From Macrostomum lignano (taxonomy: Eukaryota): DNA of 64,000 bases. The stretch spans positions 186,001 through 250,000 of the forward strand of contig NIVC01000860.1 in the NCBI GenBank assembly GCA_002269645.1, in the 5' to 3' direction. The notes beneath the pieces were generated by a model. That model had not been told where the DNA came from. It searched no databases and saw only the letters and a program-made list of their open reading frames with translations. Of the stretch, positions 23,965 to 35,362 are shown one piece after another; position 1 is the stretch's first letter; every line of letters begins with the position of its first letter. The translations under genes were made by a program, and so were the position numbers.

Positions 23965-26188
23965 ATGCGTTGCTCCGATATCTTGTTGCCAGGCAATGGC
24001 AAGCGTCTCTGCCTGCTTGCTTTGCACTACAGCTGCTTGGTCGCCGGGGCCGCCTGCTCCATAGCGGCTGCCACTGGACGCCAGGCCTGGCAGCGGCTGA
24101 GCTGCTCAGCCGGCGGCGGCAGCCTGACAGCCTCCGGCGGCCCGCGGGGCCTCGACTTTGCTCTGGTTGGCCCGGCATTGTCAGGGACAAGCGGCTTCAA
24201 TGCCAGCAGCGCTTTTGGATTGGCCTTTGGACCCGTGCTGGCCCAACTGACTGCAGGTGAATGAATGCGTGCTAATTGCGTCATGGTGTCTTCTGGGTAG
24301 GCCACTGCTGGCAAACTGTGAGCACTTTTGTGATATTGTGCAGCTGTGTCTAACATGTGACCACCTGCAGTGTCTAACATGTGACCACCTGCAGTGTCTA
24401 ACATGTGACCACCTGCAGTGTCTAACATGTGACCACCTGCAGTGTCTAACATGTGACCACCTGCAGTGTCTAACATGTGAGCAGCCATGTCTAACATGTG
24501 AGCACCATTGTCTAACATGTGAGCACCTGCAGTGTCTAACATGTGAGCACCTGCAGTGTCTAACATGTGACCACCTGCAGTGTCTAACATGTGAGCACCC
24601 GTGTCTAACATGTAAGAACAAGTGTCCAACATGCGACCACCTGCAGTGTCTAACATGTGAGCAGCCATGTCTAACATGTTAAAAACCGTGTCTAACATGT
24701 AAGAAAAAGTGTCTAACATGCGACCACCTGCAGTGTCTAACATGTGAGCAGCCATGTCTAACATGTTAAAAACCGTGTCTAACATGTAAGAAAAAGTGTC
24801 TAACATGCGACCACCTGCAGTGTCTAACATGTGACCACCTGCAGTGTCTAACATATGACCACCTGCAGTGTCTAAAATGTGAGCAGCCATGTCTAACATG
24901 TTAAAAACCGTGTCTAACATGTAAGAACAAGTGTCTAACATGCGACCACCTGCAGTGTCTAACATGTGAGCAGCCATGTCTAACATGTTAAAAACCGTGT
25001 CTAACATGTAAGAACAAGTGTCTAACATGTTAGCACCAGTGTTTAACATGTGAGCACCTGCAGTGTCTAACATGTGAGCAGCTAGCCATGTCTAACATGT
25101 GAACACCATTGTCTAAATTGTGTGAGAAGCCGTCAATCAATCACATACATGTACCTAGACATCGACAAACCCATTTAAAATCCTAAATTTTTCAGCTATT
25201 GTGCAGTAAATGAACTTACTATCACATAAATACATACATGTACAAATAACTTGCTCAGACTCCCGAGCTTGGAGCAGCATTTCCTGGCTCCTAGCCGGTG
25301 CCAGCGTCTCAACCGTAGCCACTCTGATGGCCCTGATGCTCAAGAAATTCTGCGGCCGAGCAAGGGCGCTTGCTATGACCGGCGTGGTGGCCCTGCTAGT
25401 TGGAATCAGCAGTAAGTGCTGGGAGCAATTGCTAGTCAGTGTGAAGATCAGAAAGTTTCCTTTCGAAAAACCCGACCACTTCTCCACCCTCAGCCGGAAC
25501 TCTCACAGCCGCCATCATTGTCTACTCGGCTGCCGCGGCTCGCCTTCGAGCCGTGTTCGACACTGTGACCGCCGCTGCCACCGCTGCGCCCCACTCTGCA
25601 GGCGTCTCCGTCAGCTTCAACGACGCAACAGCGGCAGACGGATCCGCGACCGGCTTCGCTCTGACTGTGGCGGCTGACCTGGCCTGCTTTGCTGATCTTC
25701 TGCTTCTAGGAGTTAAGCGACTGGCTTTCGCCAGAAACAGGGAGGCCACATCTTACAACGTGGAGGCGGCGGCAACGGCAGCAGCAGCAGCGACATCGGC
25801 CGGGACAGCGGAGGCGACCAACGCCGCGGTGACACCAAGGCGAGCCGCGCCATCACCGCCGCCGTCACCTCCGCCGAGGGCGCATCGGCTTAAGTCGCTT
25901 GCAACCGACGATAGTGATGTACAGTCGACATCTACTGGCACCGGAGCGGCCAACTCCGAGCAGATGCGCTCCCGGCTGGAGCGTCGGCAAGAGGCTGAGA
26001 GACGAGCGGCAAGTGCGGCAGTTTCTGGCAACAGCACAGCTCGGGGGATTCAGCGGAGCTCGCAAGGTGCGGACAACCTGGCTATGGCGCCGACAACGCC
26101 AACTGGGAGCTCCTCAGTTGTTGACGGCGCCGACGGTGGGACAACAGCGGACGATGATGAGCCAATTGTGCAGGTGGACGTCCTCTGA
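23965..26188 (+). CDS. Four-transmembrane claudin/PMP22-like membrane protein with long Ala/Ser-rich tail, ~379 aa; exons 23965-24256, 25259-25411, 25494-26188
   Basis: All junctions are GT-AG, phase 1, and sum to 1140 nt. Four hydrophobic segments: LCLLALHYSCLVAGAACSIAAA; ISWLLAGASVSTVATLMALML; ALAMTGVVALLVGISTGTLTAAIIVY; GFALTVAADLACFADLLLLGV. Confidence 0.7.
24340..25110. repeat. 21/24-bp minisatellite (cacctgcagtgtctaacatgtgac) filling intron 1 of the 4-TM gene
   Basis: Read directly; ORFs 24027, 24181 and 24257 are largely translations of it. Confidence 0.93.
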
Positions 26189-26325
26189 CTCGCAATCCTT
26201 AGAGATGGGGTGGAGCGCCAGCCACATGTACTTACTGTGTACAGTACTAACCAAGGTCAATTATGCTTAACTCGCTTGCTTCTTTTTGTGCTTCAAGGGC
26301 CAGGGAGAAAATAAGAGAGACATGA

Positions 26326-26660
26326 GGGGCCGTAGCCCAGTGGTCCAGCGCGGCGGTCTGATGTGCCAGCGGCCCAGGCTCGATTCCAAGTGCAGTCAAA
26401 GTTTGGGGCTGAAATGGAATCTCAGCTCGGCTCGTGCAATTAACACCCTTGAGTGCCAACCCCCAAGGCACAGTGAAGTGTACATGCCTAACGATAAACA
26501 AAGTCAGGGCTGCTGTGCACTCCTGTATGAGTGTGTGCCTGTGCGTATGACTGCGTACGCATCCGCGCGCTTGTGTGCCTGCTCAGGGGAGTCGGCGGAA
26601 TGGGCAGCAATGCCTCTCGCCGGTTGTGCGACAAAGTCGCTTAAAGTGACTTTATTTAAA
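26326..26660 (+). mobile_element. Near full-length tRNA-derived SINE
   Basis: ggggccgTAGCCCAGTGGtcc (A box)...GGCTCGATTCC (B-box-like). The body is shared with 1575, 2560 and 29745. Confidence 0.7.
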
Positions 26661-27399
26661 AAAAGAGCTATGCCCAATTGCTATCTGATATTGTAAAGTT
26701 TCACAAAAGTTTGCCGACTCCCTGGTGTGCACAAAATCTATTTTCAACAATTAAATAATGCAACAGTACACAATACGAATACAATTGAGTTTTGAGTTCA
26801 GGATTATATAAAAAATGGAATTAAATTATTCTATTTCTAAAACATTTACTCAATGAGTATTGATGCTTAAAATTTCTGGATTAATATATAAGTACTCATG
26901 GACAACTCAACACGAAGGCCACTAGCTTTCGATGCAGAATGCATTGGTGAGACAAGGATCGAAAAATTAGCGACTCAGAAATCCAGAAGATACAAATCAA
27001 TACCGTCAGGCAGGTACTGCTCACATGAAAAGTACATAAGTAGTTGGAGGCTTATAAAAAGGATACAAATTTACCTTTGTTGTTAAATTTTCTTTAATAA
27101 AACATGTATCGCATGAGACTGTTAGCAGAAATTACATATTACCTACAACAAAGCCGCTTCATAACTTCGTTGGCATGCGAGCAAAAGCGGAACTGAAAGG
27201 CAGATCCAAGCTTTTACGAGCTGATTCTTTCACTGGTTAATAAACTATATAATTAACCTAACGAAGTTGAAAACAATTGATTAATGAAAATACGAAACAG
27301 CTTGAGGAAAATCCAAAAGACAGTAATCAATGGACATCAAAGAAGATACACATCAGGGGAACCACAGGAGATTTTTATCAAAAGGATTTTCAAGAGATT

Positions 27400-28040
27400 T
27401 ACTTTGAGGAAAATCCCAGGTTTCTCATCAAGGGAAATTCAAAATTCTCATCGAGGGAAAGCCCAGATTTTCATCGAGGGAAATCTCTGATTCTTATTGA
27501 GGGAAATCCTGGATTTTCATTGAGGAAATCCCAGAGTTTCATCAGGGGAAATTTCTGATTTTCATCACGGGAAATTTCAGATTCTAACCGAGGGAAATCC
27601 CAGATTCTCCTTGAGAAAAATCCCAGATTCTAACCAAGGGAAATCCCATATTCTCATAGAGGGAAATCTCAGATTTTCATTAAGGGAATCCCGGAGTTTC
27701 ATCGAGGGAAATGATTGACTTTCATCAAGGGAAATCCTAGATTCTAACCGAAGGAAATCCCAGATTCTAACAGGAGGGAAATCCCAGATTCTAACAGGAG
27801 GGAAATCCCAGATTCTAACAGAGGGTAATTCCAGATTCCAACCAAGAAAAATCCCATATTCTCATAGAGGGAAATCCCACATTCTCATTGAGGGAATTCC
27901 CTGATTTTCATCGAGGGTAATCCCAGAGTTTCATCGAGGGAAATTCCTGACTTTCATCGAGGGAAAGCCCTGATTCTCATTGAGGGAAATCCTAGATTTT
28001 ATCGAGGGAAATCCCTGTTTCTAATCGAGGGAAATACCAG
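27400..28040. repeat. ~22-23-bp degenerate minisatellite (gagggaaatcccagattctcatc)
   Basis: Read directly. Confidence 0.88.
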
Positions 28041-28208
28041 CAGACACTTGTTTTCAAGCGACTATCAATCAGTCAAAGACGACAGTAAAAATGAAATGAA
28101 AGCCTGTAGTAACCTGGCAAACAGTTTAAGGTAAAATTCTGATATAAAAATCGATTATTAGTACAAGTTGTCACCACAACAAAACCGGAATCGTCAATGG
28201 CATGAATA

Positions 28209-31200
28209 TCAAGGCAAGCTGAACGCTACAATCCGCTTATTAGCGGCATCGGCCACCACCAGCAGCCGCCTCTTGTTCACTCGACCTTCATTGTCCTCCG
28301 CCGCCTCGTTGCCAGGGTTGAATTCGCAGACGGCCAGCGCCAACGGCGCTTTGAAATTGTCGGCCCCGCCGCCACCGGCCAGGCTGTGAAGCCGCCGGCC
28401 GTCGCTGGTCAACGCTTGGACGGTGGCCGACTGCGGACTGCAGGTGAACACGATTCCGCGGCTGTCAGCTGCCACCGAGGTAGGCCGGTGTTGCTCGTCC
28501 GCAGCCGGCTTCAGCCTGCGGCGTTTTGAGGGGGTTTGGCTTAGGGGACACAAAATTACTTAGGTGATTTATAGTAGCATGGAGATAATTAGCTACTCGG
28601 GGATTCAGTAGCATATGGGGATAATTAGCTACTCAGGGATCCAGTAGCATATGGGGATAATTAGCTACTCAGGGATTAGTAGCATATGGGGATAATTAGC
28701 TACTCGGGGATTCAGTAGCATATGGGGATAAGTAGCTACTCGGGGATTCACTAGCATATGGGGATAATTAGCTACTCGGGGATTCAGTAGCATATGGGGA
28801 TAATTAGCTACTCGGGGATTCACTAGCATATGGGGATAATTAGCTACTCGGAGATTCACTAGCATATGGGGATAATTAGCTACTCGGAGATTCACTAGCA
28901 TATGGGGATAATTAGCCACCCAGGATGCAATAATTTCGCACCTGTCCAATCGCATCCTGGACATCAGGCACCAGACATCGCAGCCGCCGCTAACAGAGTC
29001 GGTGACAATGGCGCAGTGGCTGCCAAGCGCCGACACAGACTCAGCGGATTTCAGCCGCATTTCCGGCATAGCAACCTGACAGTGCAGAGTGCCAACCACC
29101 TCGGCTTCCTTAGCAACAGCGAGCAGTTGGCAGTCGGGCTCGCACCTGTAGATCAGCAGTTTGTCTTGCGTGCCGCTCAGGCTGGCGATGCGGCCAAGCG
29201 GCTGACCGACATTGTCTTCAGTCACCCGGGCGAGCGACTGACCGTCCAGGCCCACTACGAGGACGCAGCTAGTTGTCATGGCAACGAACAGACGCTGCCG
29301 ACCGGGCGGACAGCGCAGAGGACAATCGCAGTGCAGACCAACGATGCGGTCGGCGTCGCCAAGCCCGGCGGCCAATTGAATCGCGGCCGGCTGGGCCTGC
29401 TTGGAGTCCAGCAGAGACACCAGGCAGAGCCGGCGGCCTGGGACTTGATTGTCGACGTCATTGTCGCCGGCGGCGGCGTCGTTGTTGGCGAGAGCAACAA
29501 CGGCGCAGGGTGAGCCGAACTGACTGACGGCGGCGCCCAGCCGACCGTTGGCAGCGGTTGCCAAGGTAACCACAGGTTTCGCTGCCGTCGGCGACGTCAA
29601 GGCGACGTAGCCGGCGGCGTTCCGGCAGGCGGCGAGGGCGACTGGACGGCCGTCGAAATTGGAGTGGCTGGCCAAACGCGTCCAGGCTTGGCTGGCGTCT
29701 GGGAGTGGAGGGTGCAACGGTTTGATAATGCGCTAAGTGCGAAAAAGTGCCAGCGGCCCAGGCTCGATTCCAAGTGCATTGACATTAATTTTCGGGACTG
29801 AATTGGAATCTCGGCTTGGCTCTGCTCGTGCAATTAACGGCCTTGAGAGCCAACCCCCCAAGGCGCAGTGAAGTGTACATGCCTAACGATAAAATAAAGT
29901 TAGGGCCGCTGTACACTCCTGTGTGACATGTCTATTATACATGTACATATAATAGATTAGGTGTTGTTTTCTGCCCCTTATTTATAATACACTCAGCAAC
30001 AGTCAAAACCTCTATCCTTACCGAGAGAGGCGATTTTCTCTCTCACCTCAACATGCTCGATTGGGGTTCATGCGAAGTCGTCTCTCTCAGTAGGGTAGCC
30101 ACCAAGAAGTTCTTCATCTTCCGCTTTTTAGTGCACTGATCCGCTCCTATCAGCTTCTTATCTACAACTCACCAGTCTCTTTAAAGATCTTCCTCAACTC
30201 TTCTTCAACCAAGAGCTCCAGGCCTAGCGCCCGAGGTCCCAGGTTGACCTGGACCCCGGCTCCGGGCTCCGCAGCCTGCACCGCGGCCGCCTTCAATGGC
30301 GCCAGCTGGCCAGAGAGCCGCATCGCATGGGAGACATCGTGAGTCTGCTGAGCCTGCTGGATTTGTCTGCCGAGCTTCTCGGCGCGCTCGCAGTACGACA
30401 TGCCGTCATTGACGACTGCGAGCTCGGCCTCCACCTGAGAGGGGAAGGGAATTTGAGGGGAATCAACCTAATGAACTGATCATTAAAATCCCATCCAGCC
30501 CGTTGAAATCGTTACCGGGACAAAAATCGGTTGAAATCGTTGTCCTCCCCTCCCATCCCACCTTGTGACTTGTGGTAATCAATAATTTTCTTCTGGGCGC
30601 CAAAATGAGTGCCTGCGGCGCCCAAAATGAGTACCCGCGGCGCTAAAATGAGTGCCTGTGGCGCTAAATGAGTGCCTGTGGCGCTAAAATGAGTGCCTGC
30701 GGCGCTAAATGAGTGCCTGCGGCACCAAAATGAGTGCCTGCGGCGCCCAAAATGAGTACCCGCGGCGCTAAAATGAGTGCCTGCGGCGCTAAATGAGTGC
30801 CTACGGCGCCAAAATGAGTGCCTGCGGCGCTAAATGAGTGCCTACGGCGCCAAAATGAGTGCCTGCGGCACCAAAATGAGTACCCGCGGCGCTAAAATGA
30901 GTGCCTGTGGCGCTAAATGAGTGCCTGTGGCGCTAAAATGAGTGCCTGCGGTGCCAAAATGAGTTGCCTGCGCGCTAAAATGAGTGCCTGTGGCGCCAAA
31001 ATGAGTGCCGGCGGCGCCAAAATGAGTGCCTGTGGTGCTAAAATGAGTGCCTGCGACGCTAAAATGAGTGCCTGCGGCGCTAAAATGAGTATTAAAATGG
31101 CCCCAGAGTCACAGACAATAAAACGCCTCAAATTGACTCTTTTTAGCGACTTGTTTCTTTGACATCTAGTCGTTTTAGAGTCAGTTCTAAGCGTCACTTC

Positions 31201-31589
31201 TTTCCTATTTTACCTGTGTTACCTGTGCCAGTGACTCATGGGCCTGGTTACCGTTTGCATCGGGTAGATTATTCAATGATCCCAAGAAACCAGATCCCAC
31301 CGACCTGTCCAATCAGGCGCCGCTTCCCAGCCTCCAGAGCGTCCATAGCGGAGTCAAAGGCGGTCTCCAGCTCCTGCCGCTCACAGTAAAGCCGCTGCTG
31401 CAGAGCTCGCTGTTTAGCCAGCAATTGTTGCAGCTCCTCAAGATTGGGCTTCACCTGTTCCACTCGCATACTGCCAACTTTTTCCTGCTCCATATTGTAG
31501 TGAGTTTGGCACACTGGGTGGCCGGAGAAGGGGCCCGGGCCCACCGAGGGCCCTTTGCAGCGGCGGACGAAACAGGTGGCTGCGGACAT
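28209..31589 (-). CDS. B-box-like / coiled-coil / NHL-type beta-propeller protein (TRIM-NHL-like, no RING seen); exons 31589-31305, 30434-30173, 29698-28942, 28538-28209
   Basis: Phases match (0, 1, 2). The N-terminal CFVRRC...HPVCQTH is followed by a coiled coil (LEELQQLLAKQRALQQRL). NHL-like blades follow: RPTSVAADSRGIVF, FKAPLALAV, LLVVADAANKRIVAF*. Confidence 0.6.
28560..28915. repeat. 36-bp intronic minisatellite (gggataattagctactcggggattcagtagcatatg)
   Basis: Read directly, ~10 copies. Confidence 0.93.
29745..29930 (+). mobile_element. Partial copy of the SINE at 26326
   Basis: cagcggcccaggctcgattccaagtgca...gtgaagtgtacatgcctaacgata is nearly identical to 26365-26500. Confidence 0.75.
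30595..31095. repeat. 20-22-bp intronic minisatellite (aaatgagtgcctgcggcgcta)
   Basis: Read directly, ~23 copies. Confidence 0.93.
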
Positions 31590-31644
31590 GCCTTGCTGAG
31601 CTTTAACAGTGTGGCAGAGGGAGATCGCTTTGCATGTCAACTTT

Positions 31645-33620
31645 GATCCTATGATTTTCATTTATCCCATGGTTCTAATTCATCCCATGATTCTAATTTA
31701 TCCCATGATTTTCATTTATCCCATGGTTCTAATTTATCCCATGGTTCTAATTTATCCCATGGTTCTAATTTATCCCATGGTTCTAATTTATCCCATGGTT
31801 CTAATTTATCCCATGGTTCTAATTTATCCCATGGTTCTAATTTATCCCATGATTCTAATTTATCCCATGGTTCTAATTTATCCCATGATTCTAATTTATC
31901 CCATGATTCTAATTTATCCCATGGTTCTAATTTATCCCATGGTTCTAATTTATCCCATGGTTCTAATTTATCCCATGGTTCTAATTTATCCCATGGTTCT
32001 AATTTATCCCATGATTCTAATTTATCCCATGGTTCTAATTTATCCCATGGTTCTAATTTATCCCATGGTTCTAATTTATCCCATGATTCTAATTTATCCC
32101 ATGATTTTCATTTATCCCATGATTCTAATTTATCCCATGATTTTCATTTATCCCATGATTTTCATTTATCCCCTGGTTTTAATTTATCTCATGATTTTCA
32201 TTTATCCCATGGTTCTAATTTATCCCAAGATTTTCATTTATCCCATGGTTCTAATTTATCCCATGATTTTCATTTATCCCATGGTTCTAATTTATCCCAT
32301 GATTCTAATTTATCCCATGATTTTCATTTATCCCACGATTCTAATTTATCCCATGATTTTCATTTATCCCACGATTCTAATTTATCCCATGATTTTCATT
32401 TATCCCATGATTTTCATTTATCCCACGATTCTAATTTATCCCATGATTTTCATTTATCCCATGATTCTAATTCAGCCCATGATTTTCATTTATCCCACGA
32501 TTCTAATTTATCCCATGATTCTAATTTATCCCATGATTCTAATTCAGCCCATGATTCTAATTTATCCCATGGTTCTAATTTATCCCATGATTTTCATTTA
32601 TCCCATGATTCTAATTTATCCCATGATTCTAATTTATCCCATGGTTCTAATTCAGCCCATGATTCTAATTTATCCCATGGTTCTAATTTATCCCATGATT
32701 TTCATTTATCCCATGATTCTAATACAACCCATGATTCTAATTTATCCCATGATTCTAATTTATCGCAGGATTCTAATTTATCCCATGATTTTCATTTATC
32801 CCATGGTTCTAATTTATCCCATGGTTCTAATTTATCCCATGATTCTAATTTATCCCATGATTTTCATTTATCCCATGATTCTAATTTATCCCATGATTTT
32901 CATTTATCCCACGATTCTAATTTATCCCATGATTTTCATTTATCCCACGATTCTAATTTATCCCATGATTTTCATTTAGCTATCCCACGATTCTAATTTA
33001 TCCCATGATTTTCATTTATCCCACGATTCTAATTCATCCCCTGGTTCTAATTTATCCCATGGTTCTAATTTATCCCATGATTCTAATTTATCCCATGGTT
33101 CTAATTTATCCCATGATTTTCATTTATCCCATGATTCTAATTTATCCCATAATTCTAATTTATCCCATGGTTCTAATTTATCCCATGATTCTAATTTATC
33201 CCATGATTTTCATTTATCCCATGGTTCGAATTTATCCCATGATTCTAATTTATCCCATTCGATTCTAATTTATCCCATGATTCTAATTTATCCCATGATT
33301 CTAATTTATCGCAGGATTCTAATTTATCCCATGATTTTCATTTATCCCATGATTTTCATTTATCCCATGGTTCGAATTTATCCCATGATTCTAATTTATC
33401 CCATGGTTCTAATTTATCCCATGATTCTAATTTATCCCATGATTCTAATTTATCCCATGATTCTAATTTATCCCATGATTTTCATTTATCCCATGGTTCG
33501 AATTTATCCCATGATTCTAATTTATCCCATGATTCTAATTTATCCCATGATTCTAATTTATCCCATGATTCTAATTTATCCCCTGGTTCTAATCTATCCT
33601 ATAGTTCTAAATTATCCCAA
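31645..33620. repeat. 18-bp minisatellite (tttatcccatgattctaa), ~110 copies
   Basis: Read directly; it generates the 456-aa (IYPMIL)n ORF. Confidence 0.97.
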
Positions 33621-34139
33621 GCTGCTACACTTCAATACTTTAATAGATTATATAAAATAAAAAACTGTTATTCATACAAAATGTATCGAATACAAACAAA
33701 ATTAGTTGATAAATACCAACAGACTTTTATCAAGTATTGAGCTGATTAAGTTGTTTTAATAAACGACGTTATCAAACAGAAATATAAAGTCGAATAAAAA
33801 TAGGTGAATATTCAAGGCAATTAAAAGCACAATGGAAATAGTCAAGTAAACTATAATTGCAGGTGCAGAAGCATTAAATTTTTAGGGCTAATTCCATGTT
33901 ACATGGAAAAGTGAATAAGTATTACTAATAAACTTAATTAATATAAATAAGACTTTTGGCAACTGAAAACTAAATACAAAAATTTCAACCGAAATTGCAC
34001 TTTGGTAAAAAAAGTTGGCAAAAATGAGTTGCTTAAAGAAGTGAAACAAATGCTAGAATGAACTTACGGCTCAGTGTTTGTATTTCCAAAGTTATAAAAT
34101 GCCAATCATAATAAATTAAACTTGCACTTCCAGCTTAGT

Positions 34140-35250
34140 GGAACTCCTGAAGGGCCTGAAGAATCGGAGGAAATGGAAAACAGAGCTACTCCTGAAGGGC
34201 CTGAAGTATCAGAGGAAATGGAAAACAGAGCTACACCTGAAGGGCCTGAAGAATCGGCGGAAATGGAAAACAGAGCTACACCTGAAGGGCCTGAAGAATC
34301 GGAGGAAATGGAAAACAGAGCTACTCCTGAAGGGCCTGAAGAATCGGCGGAAATGGAAAACAGAGCTACTCCTGAAGGGCCTGAAGAATTGGAGGAAATG
34401 GAAAACAGAGCTACACCTGAAGGGCCTGAAGAATTGGAGGAAATGGAAAACAGAGCTACACATGAAGGGCCTGAAGAATCGGAGGAAATGGAAAACAGAG
34501 CTACTCCTGAAGGGCCTGAAGTATCAGAGGAAATGGAAAACAGAGCTACACCTGAAGGGCCTGAAGAATCGGCGGAAATGGAAAACAGAGCTACACCTGA
34601 AGGGCCTGAAGAATCGGAGGAAATGGAAAACAGAGCTACTCCTGAAGGGCCTGAAGTATCAGAGGAAATGGAAAACAGAGCTACACATGAAGGGCCTGAA
34701 GAATCGGAGGAAATGGAAAACAGAGCTACACATGAAGGGCCTGAAGAATCGGAGGAAATGGAAAACAGAGCTACACATGAAGGGCCTGAAGTATCAGAGG
34801 AAATGGAAAACAGAGCTACTCCTGAAGGGCCTGAAGAATCGGAGGAAATGGAAAACAGAGCTACACATGAAGGGCCTGAAGTATCAGAGGAAATGGAAAA
34901 CAGAGCTACTCCTGAAGGGCCTGAAGAATCGGAGGAAATGGAAAACAGAGCTACTCCTGAAGGGCCTGAAGAATCGGAGGATATAGAAAACAGAGCTACA
35001 CCTGAAGGGCCTGAAGTATCGGAGGAAATAGAAAACAGAGCTACTCCTGAAGGGTCTAAAGAGTCGGAGGAAATGGAAAACAGAGCTACTCCTGAAGGGC
35101 CTGAAGAATCGGAGGAACTGGAAAGCAGAACTACTCCTGAAGGGTCTGAAGAATCGAAGGAAATGGAAAACAGAGCTACTCCTGAAGGGCCTGAAGTATC
35201 GGAGGAAATAGAAAACAGAGCTACACCTGAAGGGCCTGAAGAATCAGAGG
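34140..35250 (+). repeat. 45-bp tandem repeat, ~25 copies, open as acidic (ATPEGPEESEEMENR)n; coding status uncertain
   Basis: Read directly. ORF 34122..35300 is open throughout and ends at TAA overlapping AATAAA. Confidence 0.9.
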
Positions 35251-35362
35251 AATCGTGGAGTGAATGCGCACACGACCTGAATAATCATAGCATGCAATAA
35301 AAAAGACCGTTTTCGTACTGAAAAATCCAGCTATACTACTAGTAAGTTCTGTAATTAAAACA

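Noticed and set aside
24027-25073. 348-aa minus ORF (MLDTAGGH)n and Cys/His-rich zinc-finger-like plus ORF 24257..24682
   Set aside because: An intronic minisatellite; a phase-consistent spliced plus-strand gene explains the flanking GC-rich sequence.
31609-33660. 456-aa and neighbouring hydrophobic (IYPMIL)n ORFs
   Set aside because: Pure translation of an 18-bp satellite with no stop in one frame; no splice or start context.
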